64,000 nt of DNA from assembly GCA_013265495.1 (NCBI GenBank), contig MU061578.1, forward strand, positions 3,109,308 to 3,173,307, written 5' to 3'. The stretch comes from Vicugna vicugna. Lineage: Eukaryota. Each line of letters begins with the position of its first letter. Within the stretch, counting starts at the first letter, position 1. Positions 1 through 13,168 of the stretch are shown here, in pieces. A model generated the notes under the pieces. It made no database searches. It was not told the origin of the DNA and saw only the letters and a program-made list of their open reading frames with translations. A program made the position numbers and the translations under genes.

Positions 1-104
1 TCTCGGAGAGCTCCAGGTCCGACACCGCTGGCACCACGCTCAGCACGGGCGTGCACACTGGCCTGACGCAGGAGCGCCCCCGCTGGATGACCTCCTGCAC
101 ATAC
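1..104 (-). CDS. AXIN1: AXIN1 exon 9 (alternatively spliced cassette exon, truncated by window start)
   Basis: Acceptor TAG at 107-105, then (R)YVQEVIQRGRSCVRPVCTPVLSVVPAVSDLELSE, matching the 36-aa isoform-specific AXIN1 insert; 104 of the expected 108 nt are visible. Confidence 0.93.
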
Positions 105-1865
105 CTAGGGAACAACGGCGTCTGTGAGCTGCATGGGCCTGCGGTGGGGCCTCCAGTGGCCAGCAGGCGGAGCGGGGGCTCCTGGAGCGGTCTGTCACCA
201 CAAACAAGGCTCCCACTGCGTGAGGCAGACAGGACACCAAACCCCTTCCTGGGCTGTGGAATAGGGTTGGAGGATCAAGGGCTCCATCAGGATCAGTCGA
301 GAGACCAACGCCGCTTCCGTCCGTCCAGAGTTCCCAGATTCCTCCTACGGGCAGACCCCCGGGTTCCCGGAAACACACTCTGGGATCCTGTCACTTCGTC
401 CGCACTCACAGGAGCCTCCGCCTTCTGGAGAGGAGCTGCCTCTGGCCTCCTCCCTGTGGTGTGGCTCTTCCTGCTCCATCTGCCACAGACTCGGGTTCCG
501 GACGCAGGCATCGCCCTGTCCCAAGGAGCTGGGAGGCCTGTCCTGGGGCTCGCTGCCCAGCAGCATCTCTCCCAGTGGTGTCTACCCCTGGGTGCGATGC
601 TGTGCGGCCCTGACAATGACTTCCACTCTGACCGGCCTGGGTGGGGGCGCCCCACGAGGAGGGCCCAGCGACCTTTGCTCTGTGGTCTGCAGCCGTCTAT
701 AAAAGTACCACGCACCCTGGACCCCTGGAGTGGCTGAATAGGCGTCAGTAGCCAGAGAGCGGATGTGCTGCTGGGCAGGCCTGCTGGGCGCTGGCGGGAA
801 CAGCAGATGATGCCAGGCAAGGATGGTGGGCAGGAAGCCCCTGCAGGGGGTCTGTGCAGTAAGGAGGAGGTCTGCACGCCTCAACCACGTCTGCCTCCAA
901 GTCATGGGCCTGTCAGATGGGCGCGGCAACTCCAGCACCAGGTGAGGCCTCCTACACAGAGCCAGCTTCCCCAGTTCTACACTAACTAGACAAGGTCACG
1001 GGCTATGAGACAAGTGGCCATACATATGGTCACCTTCAATGACCCGGGGGACACATGCAGACTTCTGGCTGGGCCCGAGATAGATGCTGGGGACAGTCTG
1101 CACACTGACTCTGGCCTCCCCAGAGCGGGACGGCCCCTCACACAGTGAGGCCAGACCCCAGATGCCCAGGTCTGCTGAAGACTGGGCAAGGGGAGCCAGT
1201 AACGTCCGAGGAAAACACTGGCCACAGTTTTATGACCACATTTCTCTGATTTTCAGGTCCTTCACAGAGACCCTGATCTGCCTGGGAATCCTGATGGGCC
1301 ATGCCTGGGAAAGTGACCTTAAGGCCCAGCTAAGGGGTCCAGCTTGGACAGATCACCTGCCCCCACGAAGGCAAGGTCTCCCCACTCCACTGGGGTAGAA
1401 TAGGGCTTGGCCTGAGGCTACAGTGGTAGCCAGTTGGGCCATCCTAGCCCTCAAGGCCAAGGAGGGCTGAGGGACTGGGGTTTCTCCAGGAGAAGAGCTG
1501 ACACCACACACATTTCAGTACTTTCTGCCTGCCTGCACATGACACATTTAGGGAGGCAGCCAGGAAGCCCCAGAACTGCCCCCTCTGAGCTCAGCCTGCA
1601 CAGCAGCTAATGGTGATCTGACTGTGACTTCCAGCGGTTCCAATATCAACATCAGGCGAGCACATGCGCACAGGGCAGCCACGATGCAGGAAGGACTCCC
1701 CCTCCTTCCCGAGGACAGTGACAACCACCTGCCCTCCAGCCACTGGCCACACACACAGCAGAGCAGGGGGACCTCAGGTCTTGGGGAACTTCACCCCCAG
1801 GAGTGGTACCACAGCACAGAGAGGCCCTGACAGGAGGCCCCCTGCTCTCCCTGAGGCCCCCATAC

Positions 1866-2111
1866 CTCTGTTTTGAGGGCAACTTGCTGGCTCTCTTCTC
1901 TTCCTCCTCCAGACGCCTGCGGGCCTCCTCCAGCTGCGTCAGAGGGTTCGGGGCCGGGTTGGGTGGCATTGTGGGGTCTTGAATGAAGAGATGGGAGGGC
2001 TGGACCGAGTTCCGGAGCTGAGCGCTGACCCAGGGATGCACGGCTCCGGGACGCTCGATGGACAGGGGCCTGGAGCTCTCATGGGCCTGCTGCTTCTTTG
2101 CCCCGGACGAC
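1866..2111 (-). CDS. AXIN1: AXIN1 exon 8 (246 nt)
   Basis: Pyrimidine tract and AAG acceptor (AG at 2113-2112), donor GTATGG at 1865; encodes [81 protein letters not shown]. Confidence 0.96.
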
Positions 2112-2213
2112 CTTTAGGGGCAAGAGAAGAAGGTGAGGAAGGCCTCAGGCCCACTACATTCCTCTCACACAGCGGGTGCACACAGTCCTCTCTCGAAACT
2201 TGTTTGGAGTCTT

Positions 2214-2340
2214 ATTTTTTGTTTGTTTTGGGTTTTTTTTGGGGGGGTTATTTATTTATTTATAATTTACTTTTAAGTTCAATGGATTGAACCCAGGACC
2301 TTGTGCATGCTAAGCAGGGGCTCTACCACTGAGCTATACC
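2214..2340 (-). mobile_element. tRNA-derived SINE (Vic-1-like, camelid type)
   Basis: Reverse complement reads GGTATAGCTCAGTGGTAGAG (A box)...CTTAGCATGCACAAGGTCCTGGGTTCAATCC (B box), followed by an A-rich tail. Confidence 0.85.
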
Positions 2341-2372
2341 TACACTTATTTTTTAGAGCTTTATTGAAATGT

Positions 2373-2490
2373 TTTGTTTTGTTAGGGCAAGGAGGTAATT
2401 AGGTTTATTTATTTTAATGGTGGACCTGGAGATTGAACCCAGGACCTTGGGCATGCTAAGCAGAAACTTTACCACTAAGCTCACCCTCCT
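2373..2490 (-). mobile_element. tRNA-derived SINE (Vic-1-like), second adjacent copy
   Basis: Same head and B box (GGTCCTGGGTTCAATCTCC); flanked by a 16-bp TSD agctttattgaaatgt (2357-2372) / agctttactgaaatgt (2496-2511). Confidence 0.85.
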
Positions 2491-4076
2491 TGACTAGCTT
2501 TACTGAAATGTAAACCATATCCTATATGAATTTTTTTTCCTCCTTCTTCATGAAGACTTTTTCTAAAAAAATTCTTAGTGTTTTAAAAAATTATTTTAGT
2601 ATTAAATACTTTTTGAGAAAAACTTGAAACATACAGGAAATTCAAAGAACAAAGTAAGTACAATTTAGAAATAGCTACTGTCAGTATATTTAGTATATTT
2701 CCTTCCCCATTAGAAATACTTGACACAACTGGCATTAACTCTAAACATATGATTTTTCCTGATTTCCCCTCAACGTGGTACCATGCCTTCTCTTTTGTTA
2801 CTAACACTGAAAACATGTTTTACATCTGTGTGACGTGCTGTCACTCAACCACTGAATGGAACTCGAGTGAAAACATAAGCCTCTCTCAGCTAAGACTTGA
2901 GGCCTCAGAAAGAGGGGCTAAGCATCAGGACAGAAATGAGGGAATTCCAAGAAGAGGCCCCAGGGGAGTGGGCTGACCCAGTGTCCTTGTGATGTCAGAA
3001 ATGTCGAAGGGAATGTATCTCAGGGAGAGGTAGAATCCTCCTGTAAAGTCCTATAGGGCTGGCCACAGGGAGGCCCCACCCCATCCCCCACCCCTCACTC
3101 CCTGCGCCCACAAGGCATGAGGAGAGCCTGGGGGAGATCCTGGAGCACTGGCACTTAACACAGCCCCTAGCCCATCCTGATGGCAGGAGCCAAGGTCTCC
3201 CAAGCCTAGGAGACCATTTCCAGACTCTTACTCTATCCATAGAAACTCTCCATTTGGGATCGGGGGAGTAGCCAAGGACAGAGCCATTCCTCATGAAAAT
3301 CGCAAAAGAGAGAAATCTGGAGAAGCCAAGAATCCACCCTCACTCCAACCAGAGCAGGAGAGGGGCTCCCAGAGAGGCTGCCCCCAAGACAGGCTCGGTG
3401 ACTGCAGAGGGTCTGGACCCAAGCAGGGACTTGTTCCAAGGTCATGTGGAGACAAGACTCAGAATGGGTAGGCAGGTAATCACCTTCCTCTCACACACCA
3501 CTCAAACCTCCCCACTCGTGGCCAGGTGAGGGTCTGGGAGGTCTGCCTGAGGAAGGAGGGATGACCCTCCCACAGACATGCAGACCTCACCAGCCCCAGG
3601 CCCCTGCTCAGCCCTGTCCCCACCACAATGGGTTAATGGGATGACATCGAGACTGATAACACAGAGCAGAGGGACAGAGATTGATGAGAACTGCTCCTCG
3701 GTCAGCTGGGGGACGAGATCAGACCCGGAAGGCCTCTCCTGTGGGCTCTGCCTCAGCTCTTTCTCACGGGAGGGCAGCCACATAACAGCAGGTCCCTCTG
3801 TGGCAGGTGAGCGGCAGTGACTTTAGGCTGATCTTACCAGTGGGTGCTCCTGCCTGGGACACTGAAGCTCATCAGTAACCCCCAACCCCATCACAGGACC
3901 CACAGCATTGACCTTACGCTGCCACAGACTGGACCTGATTCCACAGAACTCTTGTTTCCGTGGCATGGGGTCTGCAGTAAGACCAGCTGCTCAGAGCAGC
4001 TCTAGAGGCTGGCGTGTCAGCTCCACACACTGGTGCCCATGCCCAGGTCAGGGGCCTGAGTCCTGCTGCCTCTCAC

Positions 4077-4247
4077 CCGTGGCCGGCCTTCCGGTGCCGG
4101 CTGATCTCCTTCTCGCCCTCGATGATCCACTGCATGATCTTCTGGTTCTTCTCCGCATCTTCCGAGGGGCCTGGTGCCTCCACGTTGGTGTTCTTCCCTG
4201 ACTCGGCCTTCTTAGCATTTCTTTTAGAGGTTGTGGCCACCTTTCCA
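4077..4247 (-). CDS. AXIN1: AXIN1 exon 7 (171 nt)
   Basis: Acceptor CAG at 4250-4248, donor GTGAGA at 4076; encodes [56 protein letters not shown]. Confidence 0.97.
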
Positions 4248-4860
4248 CTGTAAGAGCAAGACCCAGGATACCTGTTGACTCCAGCTGACATGCAGCTGCA
4301 CAGCTGACCCCTGACCCGTATGGCTCAGGGAGGACAGCCTGGGAGGGACCCCACCTCGAACTTGGAAGCCTTGACAAATTGACGCATTCTCACGGCCTCT
4401 GCCCCAGCTCTGCAGGGCTGACAGGGTGTTTCGGGCTAACTCTATGGCAGGGAGGGAAGGCAGGAGTCCAGCATGGGCTGGGAGGGCTGGAGCCAAGGGC
4501 CAGGCTGTAGCACGGTCCTTTGCCCTCCTGGCCCAGGCCACCCGCCCAGTGCTGGCATCCAGGGCCCGGTCCCTCCTCCTCACCCAGACACCTCTCTTTG
4601 AAACAGGCGCATCTGATCTAACCACACTTCAGGGCTGGAGCCTCAGTGGCCAGCACACCCAGGTACACATGCCTGCAGTCTCTGTGGTGACTTCGGTTTA
4701 ATGACCTTTAAAGGTCACTAAACAGAGTCCACAGAAGACACGGTCTCTCGCTTTGAACCCCTCCTCCTGGGAGACAGGCACAGCTCTTACTGACACAGAC
4801 ATAGGATGAAGGAACCGCAGTCCCATCGGTCTCGGAGTGCAGGCTGCTGCAAACACTCAC

Positions 4861-5390
4861 CTGTAGGCCAGATTGTCGCTGGCGTTGGGGGTGGAGCCCA
4901 AGTTCTCCAGGTGGCCGCGGGGCTTGGCCACATGGCCGTGTAGCTCTGGACCCCACGGGAAGCTGCTCTGGACCCGGCGGGAGGCCTCAGCCTCAGCTGG
5001 CTCCTTGGGCCTGGCTGCACTGTGGTGGCCATGGTGGTGGCCGTGTCTGTGGAGGTGCAGGCCAGCTGAGTCCAGCTTTGCCCCCAACTTGGGCCCGTGC
5101 TTCCCATGCCCGGGCCCTGCGGCCCCCAGCACTCCTGCCATCTTGGGCATATGTGCACTGTCTGGCGAGCGGTGGCCGGGCCCTGGTGACTGGCAGCCGG
5201 GCGTCCTCATGACTCGCTGCACATGCTCATCCAGGATGCTCTCGGGGTTCTCCTCGTGTGCGTCCCGCAGCCCCACGCAGCCCACGTCCGCGTAGCGGGG
5301 CGGGAAGTGGTGCCAGGCCGCAGCTGAAGGCAATTTATGACTGGCCCCTGGGGGACCAGAGGACATGTCGCCATCCTCGCCTTCCTCCTC
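4861..5390 (-). CDS. AXIN1: AXIN1 exon 6 (530 nt; beta-catenin-binding helix, His-rich tract)
   Basis: Acceptor CAG at 5393-5391, donor GTGAGT at 4860; contains [21 protein letters not shown] and [12 protein letters not shown]. Confidence 0.97.
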
Positions 5391-8300
5391 CTGTGGGGAC
5401 AAGGCCATCCATCACCTCTCAGCACTGGCTGCACCACAGACACCCCGTGCTTGAGGAGGCAAACAATAGACAAAGAAGCCTGGTTGCGCTGTCCTGAGGG
5501 CCAGAAGCCCAGAGCCCAGGATGAGGCAGGGCCCAACAAGGGGCTGGAGGGGCCGCCCAAACGAGCCGGCTCCTAGAGCCTCTTCTGTCCCTGTGGAGTC
5601 CCAGGCGGCACTGCTGGGCCCTGGCCAGGCAGCACAGACAGACGAGGACACAGGATGTGAGAGGCACAGGCACAGACCTCCAGGAAGCCTGGCACTGGTT
5701 CCCTTTCCTTCTATGTCTCAATGACAATTCCATGTTTTTTCAGTTGAGCTTTCCTATTCATCGATCTTCTATTTTCAATTATATTTTCAAAAGGAACGTT
5801 GCCCTTGTACAGAAGAGCTCTCGGTGTTTGCTTACCTTGCTATATATGTCTTAATAAATTCTCACGTCAAACTAGTTGAATTCCTTTTGACACTCTAAGA
5901 GTTTCCATAACCCTATGTGTAAATATAAACATTTGATCACTTCTAATTCCAAAAAATACATCTCACATTAATTTTCTTGTCTTCTTGAGTTCTCCAAACT
6001 AGAATGTTGAGTAACGTGGTCATAACTGAGAACAGCGGGCAACCAAGCTATCCTGCACTTTAACATCAATAAATCTCCAAAGTGACCACAGAATTTCTCA
6101 CTGTTGCACAAGCACCTAAATGTCATGTGGACAAGCAGGCAGCTGTGGGAGCTGCACCTCAGGGTGGAAAATGGCACCAAAAAGGACAGAGGGGGAGGAA
6201 AGGATGGACGGAAGGGACACTCACCCTGTGGGCACTGCTCAGAGCTGCCCCGCAGAGACTCAGGCCCCTAGGTTCCCACATCCCATCCTGTGTCCCCACC
6301 CTGACCCTTGTGCTTTTGGGATGAGGGGCTGGGGACTCTGGGAGACTTTATGCCAAGTCTTCCCAGGAGCACCAGAGTGTTGATGCTATTTATCCCTAAG
6401 GCAGCAGTAAGCAAGAGGGAACCTCCAAATTCCTGGGGATCTATTTTCTTAATAGCTCTGCATGTGAAGAAATTTCATTTTAGGGTTTTAAAATGTCATA
6501 GATTTATGTAACTGTTCAGCTACTAGTTTTCATTTTCTCTTGTCTTTATTTTCCCAATTTTACAATGAAAGTAAGTCATTAAAAAATCCGTAGTTATTCA
6601 AAAAAACAGTAATTAAAAAATCTGCAGCTATTTCTCTTCAGAACGGACTATCACTTATAACGTATAGCATGACTCATACAGCTTATGAAATCACACCTAG
6701 TAACAGACTTGAGACTGCACTGCCAGGTGCTTGGCATACTGCCACACCCTGGGGACCGAGGGACGCCCATGGGAGCAGACCAGCTGGGGCAGCCGTGGGC
6801 CTGAGGCCAGGCTCTCATGATCAGAGGCCACTGCATGTGGCAGCCCACCTGAGCATGAGGCCCTGTGCCCGCCGATGAGTTCCTGAATCGACACTAGAGA
6901 AACATAAAGGGCTATTCGTGTGAAGACTTTCTGTTAAGTCAGAGAACACGGTTGGGTCCAGCCCCTCTCCTGAGAGCTTGTGGGCTCCAGGCACAGCTGC
7001 AGTGCACCTGCCGGGGATGCCACGGAGAGAAAGAGTCTAAGACTCAGACGTCAGAAGAGCACACACAACACCTACAGTCTTAGCCGCTGTAAAACATCCC
7101 ACCCACAACGCTGACCCGCCAGGACCGTAAGTACACACAGCCCCTGAGCCAAGACTAAACGCTTGATGGAATGATTCCAATAGCTCAATTCTGTAGTGAA
7201 AAGGTGGTGAATTCTCACTTTCTTAAACTTCTTTTACAAAAGGGTGCACACGCTATTTCATAAGAGTTGTTAACAGCGATGTGCTCAGGGCAACCTTGCT
7301 CAGAGAGGCAGTGTCTGTGGAAACGCTACTGGACAAGTAAAGATCGGCCTCATCACACATGACCTGGGACTGAGCTCCCGCCAAGGCTCCCTGTATTTCA
7401 TGGAAACTGTTTTGATCTGCTTTTTCAGAGAAGGCCATTAGGATGGTAAACTATGCTTCTAACTCAGTAGGCCTCCGATGGCCCCAGATAAGAGCTCCTC
7501 GGCAAGCACACAGCCAGCGCCCGCAGCCACTCCTTCCCCCAAATAGTGAGACGAAGTCAGTGGAACCCAATGTGGTGGGTTTCTGTCGGGTGACCTCGGG
7601 GAGATCACTGAATCACGGGGACAGGGGAGAGGACAGCTGGACAGCTCAGGCGAAGCCCTCAAGCTGCACCTTCTCTGTCCACATGAGGGTCATTTGGTGG
7701 CCATGAGGGAGGGAGAGAGAGGGGACATATGTGCACACGAGCACGTGACACTTTCATGCAGGTTACTTCCCAGCACGCACTGCCGCCAGGCTGCAACCTC
7801 ACTTTCAGGTCTGTATGACCACACCTACCTATCTCATATCTGCTATGAATCCCACGTCTGACACGCTATTTGAAATCTGCCGGTTGTCTCCAAGTAGGGG
7901 GAAGAAGAGGGGAACCAGGCCCCTTGTTTCAGGGCTCAGAGTGACATCCAGGAGATGTGGAGCCCAGGACAGCTGCTGTGGGGCGCAGGCAGCAGGAAAG
8001 GAGACTACCAGGTGTGACCACCCACTATGCTCCACGCCCACCCTATGGCAGGGCCTCAGACTTCAGGTGCCCCCGGCCCACCTAAGGGACACGTAATTTG
8101 GAACAGCAGGGTCCTCTCAAGGGTGCTGACAGGGTCTGAGTGGGGCTCAGGTTCTGTATTTTAAACAGGAACATCAGATGATCAGGTGGAGAAATAATTC
8201 CTTCAAAATACATCACATTTTTGAGTTTCAGTTGTAGGACAAACCTATCGAGAAGAGAATGGATCCCTGATCTAAAGAAAAATCAAAGGCCTGTGTGCCA

Positions 8301-8960
8301 GTGACACCAAGGCCCACGGAGTCCAGGAAGGACCGGGCACTGCAAGGGACATTTGTCACCAGCAACTCAGACAGAGTCCCCAACGTGTGAAGCACATCTT
8401 ATAAGATGACACCCAGGGCAACAAAAGCAAGAATCTTCTGGCAATTATGGGCAAAAAAGTATTAAAGCACATAAATTACAAATATTATGAAACTTCTTAG
8501 CATCCAATGTTTCACTGAACAGAGCCTGTGCCCAGACTGAAAAGCCATCCTGCCCTCAGAGGTGACAAGCGGGAGCCTCTGGTCCTTCCTGACACATGCA
8601 CACTCCACTTAGCTACCACCACCCAGAACTGGCAGTGCATGTGAGGGGCATCTCAGCTCCACATGCTAAGGGGGCACATGGGACACTGCCGGACGAGCTT
8701 GGCGGAGGGAATGCCGGTACACAGTGAGCCAGGAGTACAGGCCAGGCCTGGGCCTGGGGGCGGGCATCACAGGAGAGCAGGCCCTGACTAGCCCCTGAGA
8801 GGGGGTCAGAGGTGTCAGGAGTCAGTGTGCAATCCAGCGGGGTAGGTGGTGCTCAGGAGACCTGAAGGGAGCATCTTAGGGTCCAAGGGGCCCTAAACTT
8901 AACCAAGTGTAATGACCCAACTCAGAGACCTGGCCTGGCCTCCCGCCGAGACCCACTCAC

Positions 8961-9098
8961 CATCCGCACACGCTTTAGCCTCTCCTCCAGCTTCTCCTCG
9001 GCCTCCCGCGTCCGCTGGATGGCCTCTAGGCGGTGGATGAGCTCCGCAGCGAACTTGTGGGGCTCCACACGGACTTCCTTTGGCATTCGGTAAGTGCG
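8961..9098 (-). CDS. AXIN1: AXIN1 exon 5 (138 nt; GSK3-binding helix)
   Basis: Acceptor CAG at 9101-9099, donor GTGAGT at 8960; encodes [46 protein letters not shown]. Confidence 0.97.
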
Positions 9099-9794
9099 CT
9101 GCAAGGGACACGGTTGGTCAGCCCACGCAGTGTGGACCTGCGCCCCGGCCAAGGCAGCCCCACCCTGGCCCCGCTGTGGATGAGCAGAGAACATGTGGCA
9201 TCTGAATTTTACTCAGAGCGAGTGTTTACTTTTCCCCTTCCACCTGGGAATCAGCTTCCTCCCTGCCTCCTTTCTTGTCAGTACACTGTCCCTTCACTCA
9301 GCACTGACCCAGCAGTGGGAACACAGTGGACACCACGGGTCCAGACAGGAGCTCAGTCTCTGAGGCACAGGCCACAAGGCAGCGTCCAGCAGGCCACTCT
9401 CGTGCCCTGAGCCCAGATGTGTCCTAGACTCAGGGCCTCCAGACTGTCCTGGAGAAGCACTTCTCATGTGATTGGCCAGGCCAGGACCCAGGGAGGTCCA
9501 GGGCCTGAGGCAGAGGTGTCTGGGCAGGGAGAGCAACGAAGACCACTGAGGAGGAGGACAAGCCCTCTGGCCTGAAGGACTGGCCGCTTCCTGCAGAGCC
9601 TGTCCTACACACAAGGGGGCAGCAGCCCTGACATGCAGGTGTATGCTGACCAGGCTCTGGAAGAGGGACACGAAATTCAGGCACACGCAAAGTCAGAGGA
9701 GAGGTGGGACTATAGAGGGCTCTCTTTTTCAGAGAATGGTAATTCTACAATGTATTGTATGGCAAAACTTTTGTAACTTTTCTTGGGGGATATA

Positions 9795-10105
9795 GCTTTG
9801 TTTGAAATAATTTCAAATTAAAAACAGGAGGAGCACAAAGGACTCCTATGCAAATTTCGCCTAGACCCCACCTGCCATCATTGGCAACACTGTCAGTTCT
9901 CCCGCAGTACACTCACTGTACTGCTCCTGAGCCAGCAGACAACATGTTGCACACACGATGCCTGTTAACACCTGAACACTGAGTATCTTTAACAAAGACC
10001 AAGAACATTCTCGTACCTAACCATAGGACAATCTTGTTACAGTACTGTTATCAGAAACCTTATTTCAATTTCATCAGCTATCCTAATAATGTTCTTTAGA
10101 GCAAA
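9795..10105 (-). mobile_element. Old L1 (L1MC-like) 3' fragment
   Basis: Motifs tttgaaataatttcaaatt, aagaacattctc...taaccatag and tcctaataatgttcttta resemble antisense L1MC 3' ends; boundaries approximate. Confidence 0.5.
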
Positions 10106-12234
10106 ATGTGTTCAAAAAACCTAAGCCACCAAGGACTAAGTGAAGGGGGATGGGAGCAGCAGGGGTGCTGCCATGAGGAGGACGCTGGGCTAGGGAGGGG
10201 AGGCCCAAGAGAGGGTGGGTCTAGAAGGGCCTGGGGACAGGATGGCACGCAGGACGTCTCAGACCTCTGGGGGGCGACTGGCTATCAGGAACCCTGGCCT
10301 TCAGACATAAAGACCAGGTGGGAAGGCACAGGATGCGGGTGGAAACCCTCCCGTCAGTGGGCTCTGGATGTGGTCCTGACTCTGCACACCCACTTCTCAT
10401 CTACAAAACAGGAGTAAGAAGAGTCCCTGATTCCTCAGAAACGTGTAGGTTTAGGTAAGAACGTTACCTGAGGGGCTCAGAGACAAATGTGTGGGGCTGA
10501 TGCTGATCATGACGGACTCAGAGGTGGCCACAGAAATCTGAGAGGGGCCTGGAGAGGGAAGAGGCTGAGCGCGAGCAGAGGCCAACACTTGAGAGGTGGA
10601 AAAAGTTGGTGCAGAAGGCCAGGCAGGGGGTTGTCCTAGAGCTAAGGAGGCCAGACCTAAGGAGGGGCAGTGAGGGTGTCCGGTGCTTCTAGATGGTCCT
10701 GGAGGACTGGGCAATGGGATGGCCAAGAGGTCAAGACCCTGGAAGGAGTCTTCATGGGCCAGGCGTCTCGACAGACAGCAGAGGACCTGAGGCCAGCCCT
10801 GTCCCACCAAGCTGGCCAGCCGGAGAGGCCTGGAGGCCAAGAGAGCTGAAGCAGAGAGCAACGGGGCTGAGCTGACAGCAGGGTGTCCAGATGGCGAGAG
10901 CTCATGGTTCTGACCAAGGAAGAGCAGAAGGGAGAGCTCTCGAGGAGGCCAGGCCACATTGTGAGAGGGCACGCAGGACGGCTCGACCCTGCAGCCGGAC
11001 ACACACCCGCTGAGTGAGTTCGTTCTGGAAAACAGCCTCTAGGCTGCACAGATGCGATTCCAAAAACAGGAAAGCGGTCAGAAGTTACAATAATTATCAT
11101 ATTTATGGAAGAATGGTAACCTTTCCAGCTTTGAAGAAATAAAAAAAAAAAACACGCAAAGGAAAAAAATTCAAGTAAATAAAAACGTGAAACTTCTGAA
11201 GAATTAAAAAGGCCAAAAAGGAAAAGAAGAGGATCCTCTCTCACCTTTAATGATTTCAGGACTGGATATTTTGTGACTGGAGGCCACTGGCTCCACATGC
11301 TGGCACCTCTGTCACCTGTACCCATTCCCCCCACCGGCCCCCAAAACCCCTGGAGTCTCCCAGAGAGGACTGCAGAATGCAGCAGACCGCCCGAGAAATG
11401 GCATTTCCCAAAAAATGATCTGCAATAGTAGAGGAGCCCACACAGCTGGTCTGCTCACCTGTGCCCCGGCTCACTGGACCTGCCTCCACTACCTGGTGTC
11501 AGGTCTGATAAAGAAATGTGTAGGGCTCCTGGGGCACAAGCCACAGAAGACACGACCCTGGTGAGCAGAGAAGGGAAGCGGCGTTCTCATCCTGTAAGTT
11601 GGAGGAGTCCACCTGAGCCATGACGGACGAAGGGTGGAGTCTCTTCACCTTGAACTTCACACTGCACCTTCTGCCCCAACTACATGGCCAGGCTGAGCAT
11701 GAGCCACCACATCTAGTGCTCCCAAACGATGGCATCGGGGCAGAGCTCCTCCCTGTGACTTGCCCTCTCCGAGTTCCTGCAGCCGCCCGCGGCACTGGGG
11801 CTCCAAAAGAAGCCCCCAGGCTACAAGTCAGCTGGCGATGCATTTCTCCTCATGCTCACCATCCACTCAGCATGTCCGTTTCCTTGAGCCTGTGCTCAAA
11901 GCATGGGGCTGGGAGACACAGATCCTCCGAGGGATGCAGGACCCCCACCCAGGTTGGGTTCGGTCTAAGTGCCCACACACAGACCCTGAGCCACCTGGCC
12001 GGAAGCCTGCAGGGCCTCTCTGCACTCCGCCTCCCTGCTGAGTTAGCCCTGACCATCCAGAACCTGTGGGGGAGGCTTTTCTCACTTCTGGAAGCTTCTC
12101 CCAGTGACACCTTTGGCTCTGGTCCCTCCCTTATTCTCTCTGCGCCGTGTTCTGAGAAGACTCTCCCTGGCTCTGTTCCAGCTCATCAATTTTCTTTTTA
12201 GGTTTCATCTAATACTGTTTAATTTTTCAAATAA

Positions 12235-12720
12235 AAAAGTCCTTATTCTGAAAAAAATTTCAAACTTGTAGACAAGCTGCAAGACCAACACAAAGAACGT
12301 TGTTTCTGAATCTTTGACAGGAAGCTGCCTGGGGTCCTGCCCCCTGGACTCGCTGGTGGGTTTCCTACAAAGAGGACATCCTGACACAAGCACGTCCAGA
12401 CCCTGGGTGTCCCCCTCAGCCGGGCTGGTGCTCAGGACTCCTCCATCTGGAACGAGCCTTAGTGTTTCCTTGACTTTCAAGACCCCTGACCTTTGAAAAT
12501 TAGAGGCCAGTTCTTGGGCAAAACAATTCAGGCTGTGTCCTTGCAGATGCAGCACCGGTCTGTCCTGTCACTGACTCAGGAGGGCCTGGCAGGTCCTCCC
12601 GCAAACTCACTTTTCTCCACTGGGAGTAAATACTTTGTGAGAGGCAATCGGGGATGATGGAGACACCCTGCTCTCACCAAACTCTCAACTCCTTTGCTAC
12701 GTCAGCGTTGGCCCATAGGT
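12235..12720 (-). mobile_element. Old L1 (L1MC-like) 3' fragment
   Basis: Motifs aatttcaaacttgtagacaagctgcaag and tttccttgactttcaagacccctgacctttgaaa; degraded, boundaries approximate. Confidence 0.45.
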
Positions 12721-13168
12721 GCCACTCTCTAGCACTCACTCCAATGCTCCAGCCATCTGGGTCTCAGCCAGCAGGGGCCCCTCGAGCAGCTCCCGTGTCC
12801 CCTCATGCCCTTACTTTCAGGCACCTCTTCTGCACCCCCTGCCCAGCCCTGGTCCCCTGAGCAGAGCAGAGAAGATGCATGTGGCCACAAGCCAGGCTTG
12901 GGTTCTCCCCAGGGGGCCACCTGCAGGCAAGCAGGCACATGCCTGTGCTCACACATATGTGCACACACACACGTAAACACACACTACTCACAGTGTCTTC
13001 CAGCCTTCCCTAAGCAGACACCATCAGTGCCTGGTTCAAGCACATTAGTGCCAAGGGCTGTATGGGAGGTGACAAAATGCTCTTCTCGGAAGTAAGAACG
13101 AACCAACATCCACTCCTCTTAACCATGAATAATCACTTTTCTTATTTGGAAATCAAAGTATCTGTAGA

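Noticed and set aside
51..877. Long ORFs (228 aa plus strand, 194 aa minus strand) in intron 8
   Set aside because: No recognisable protein; Pro/Gly/Arg-rich composition expected from GC-rich DNA; no supporting exon structure
2036..2053. Exon 8 is 15 nt longer than recalled human exon 8 (RPGAV)
   Set aside because: Recalled rodent AXIN1 has the same residues, so this is probably the ancestral state rather than a novelty
4248..4860. Intron 6, recalled as the site of the IAP insertion in the mouse Axin Fused epiallele
   Set aside because: Intron is only 613 nt and shows no LTR element here
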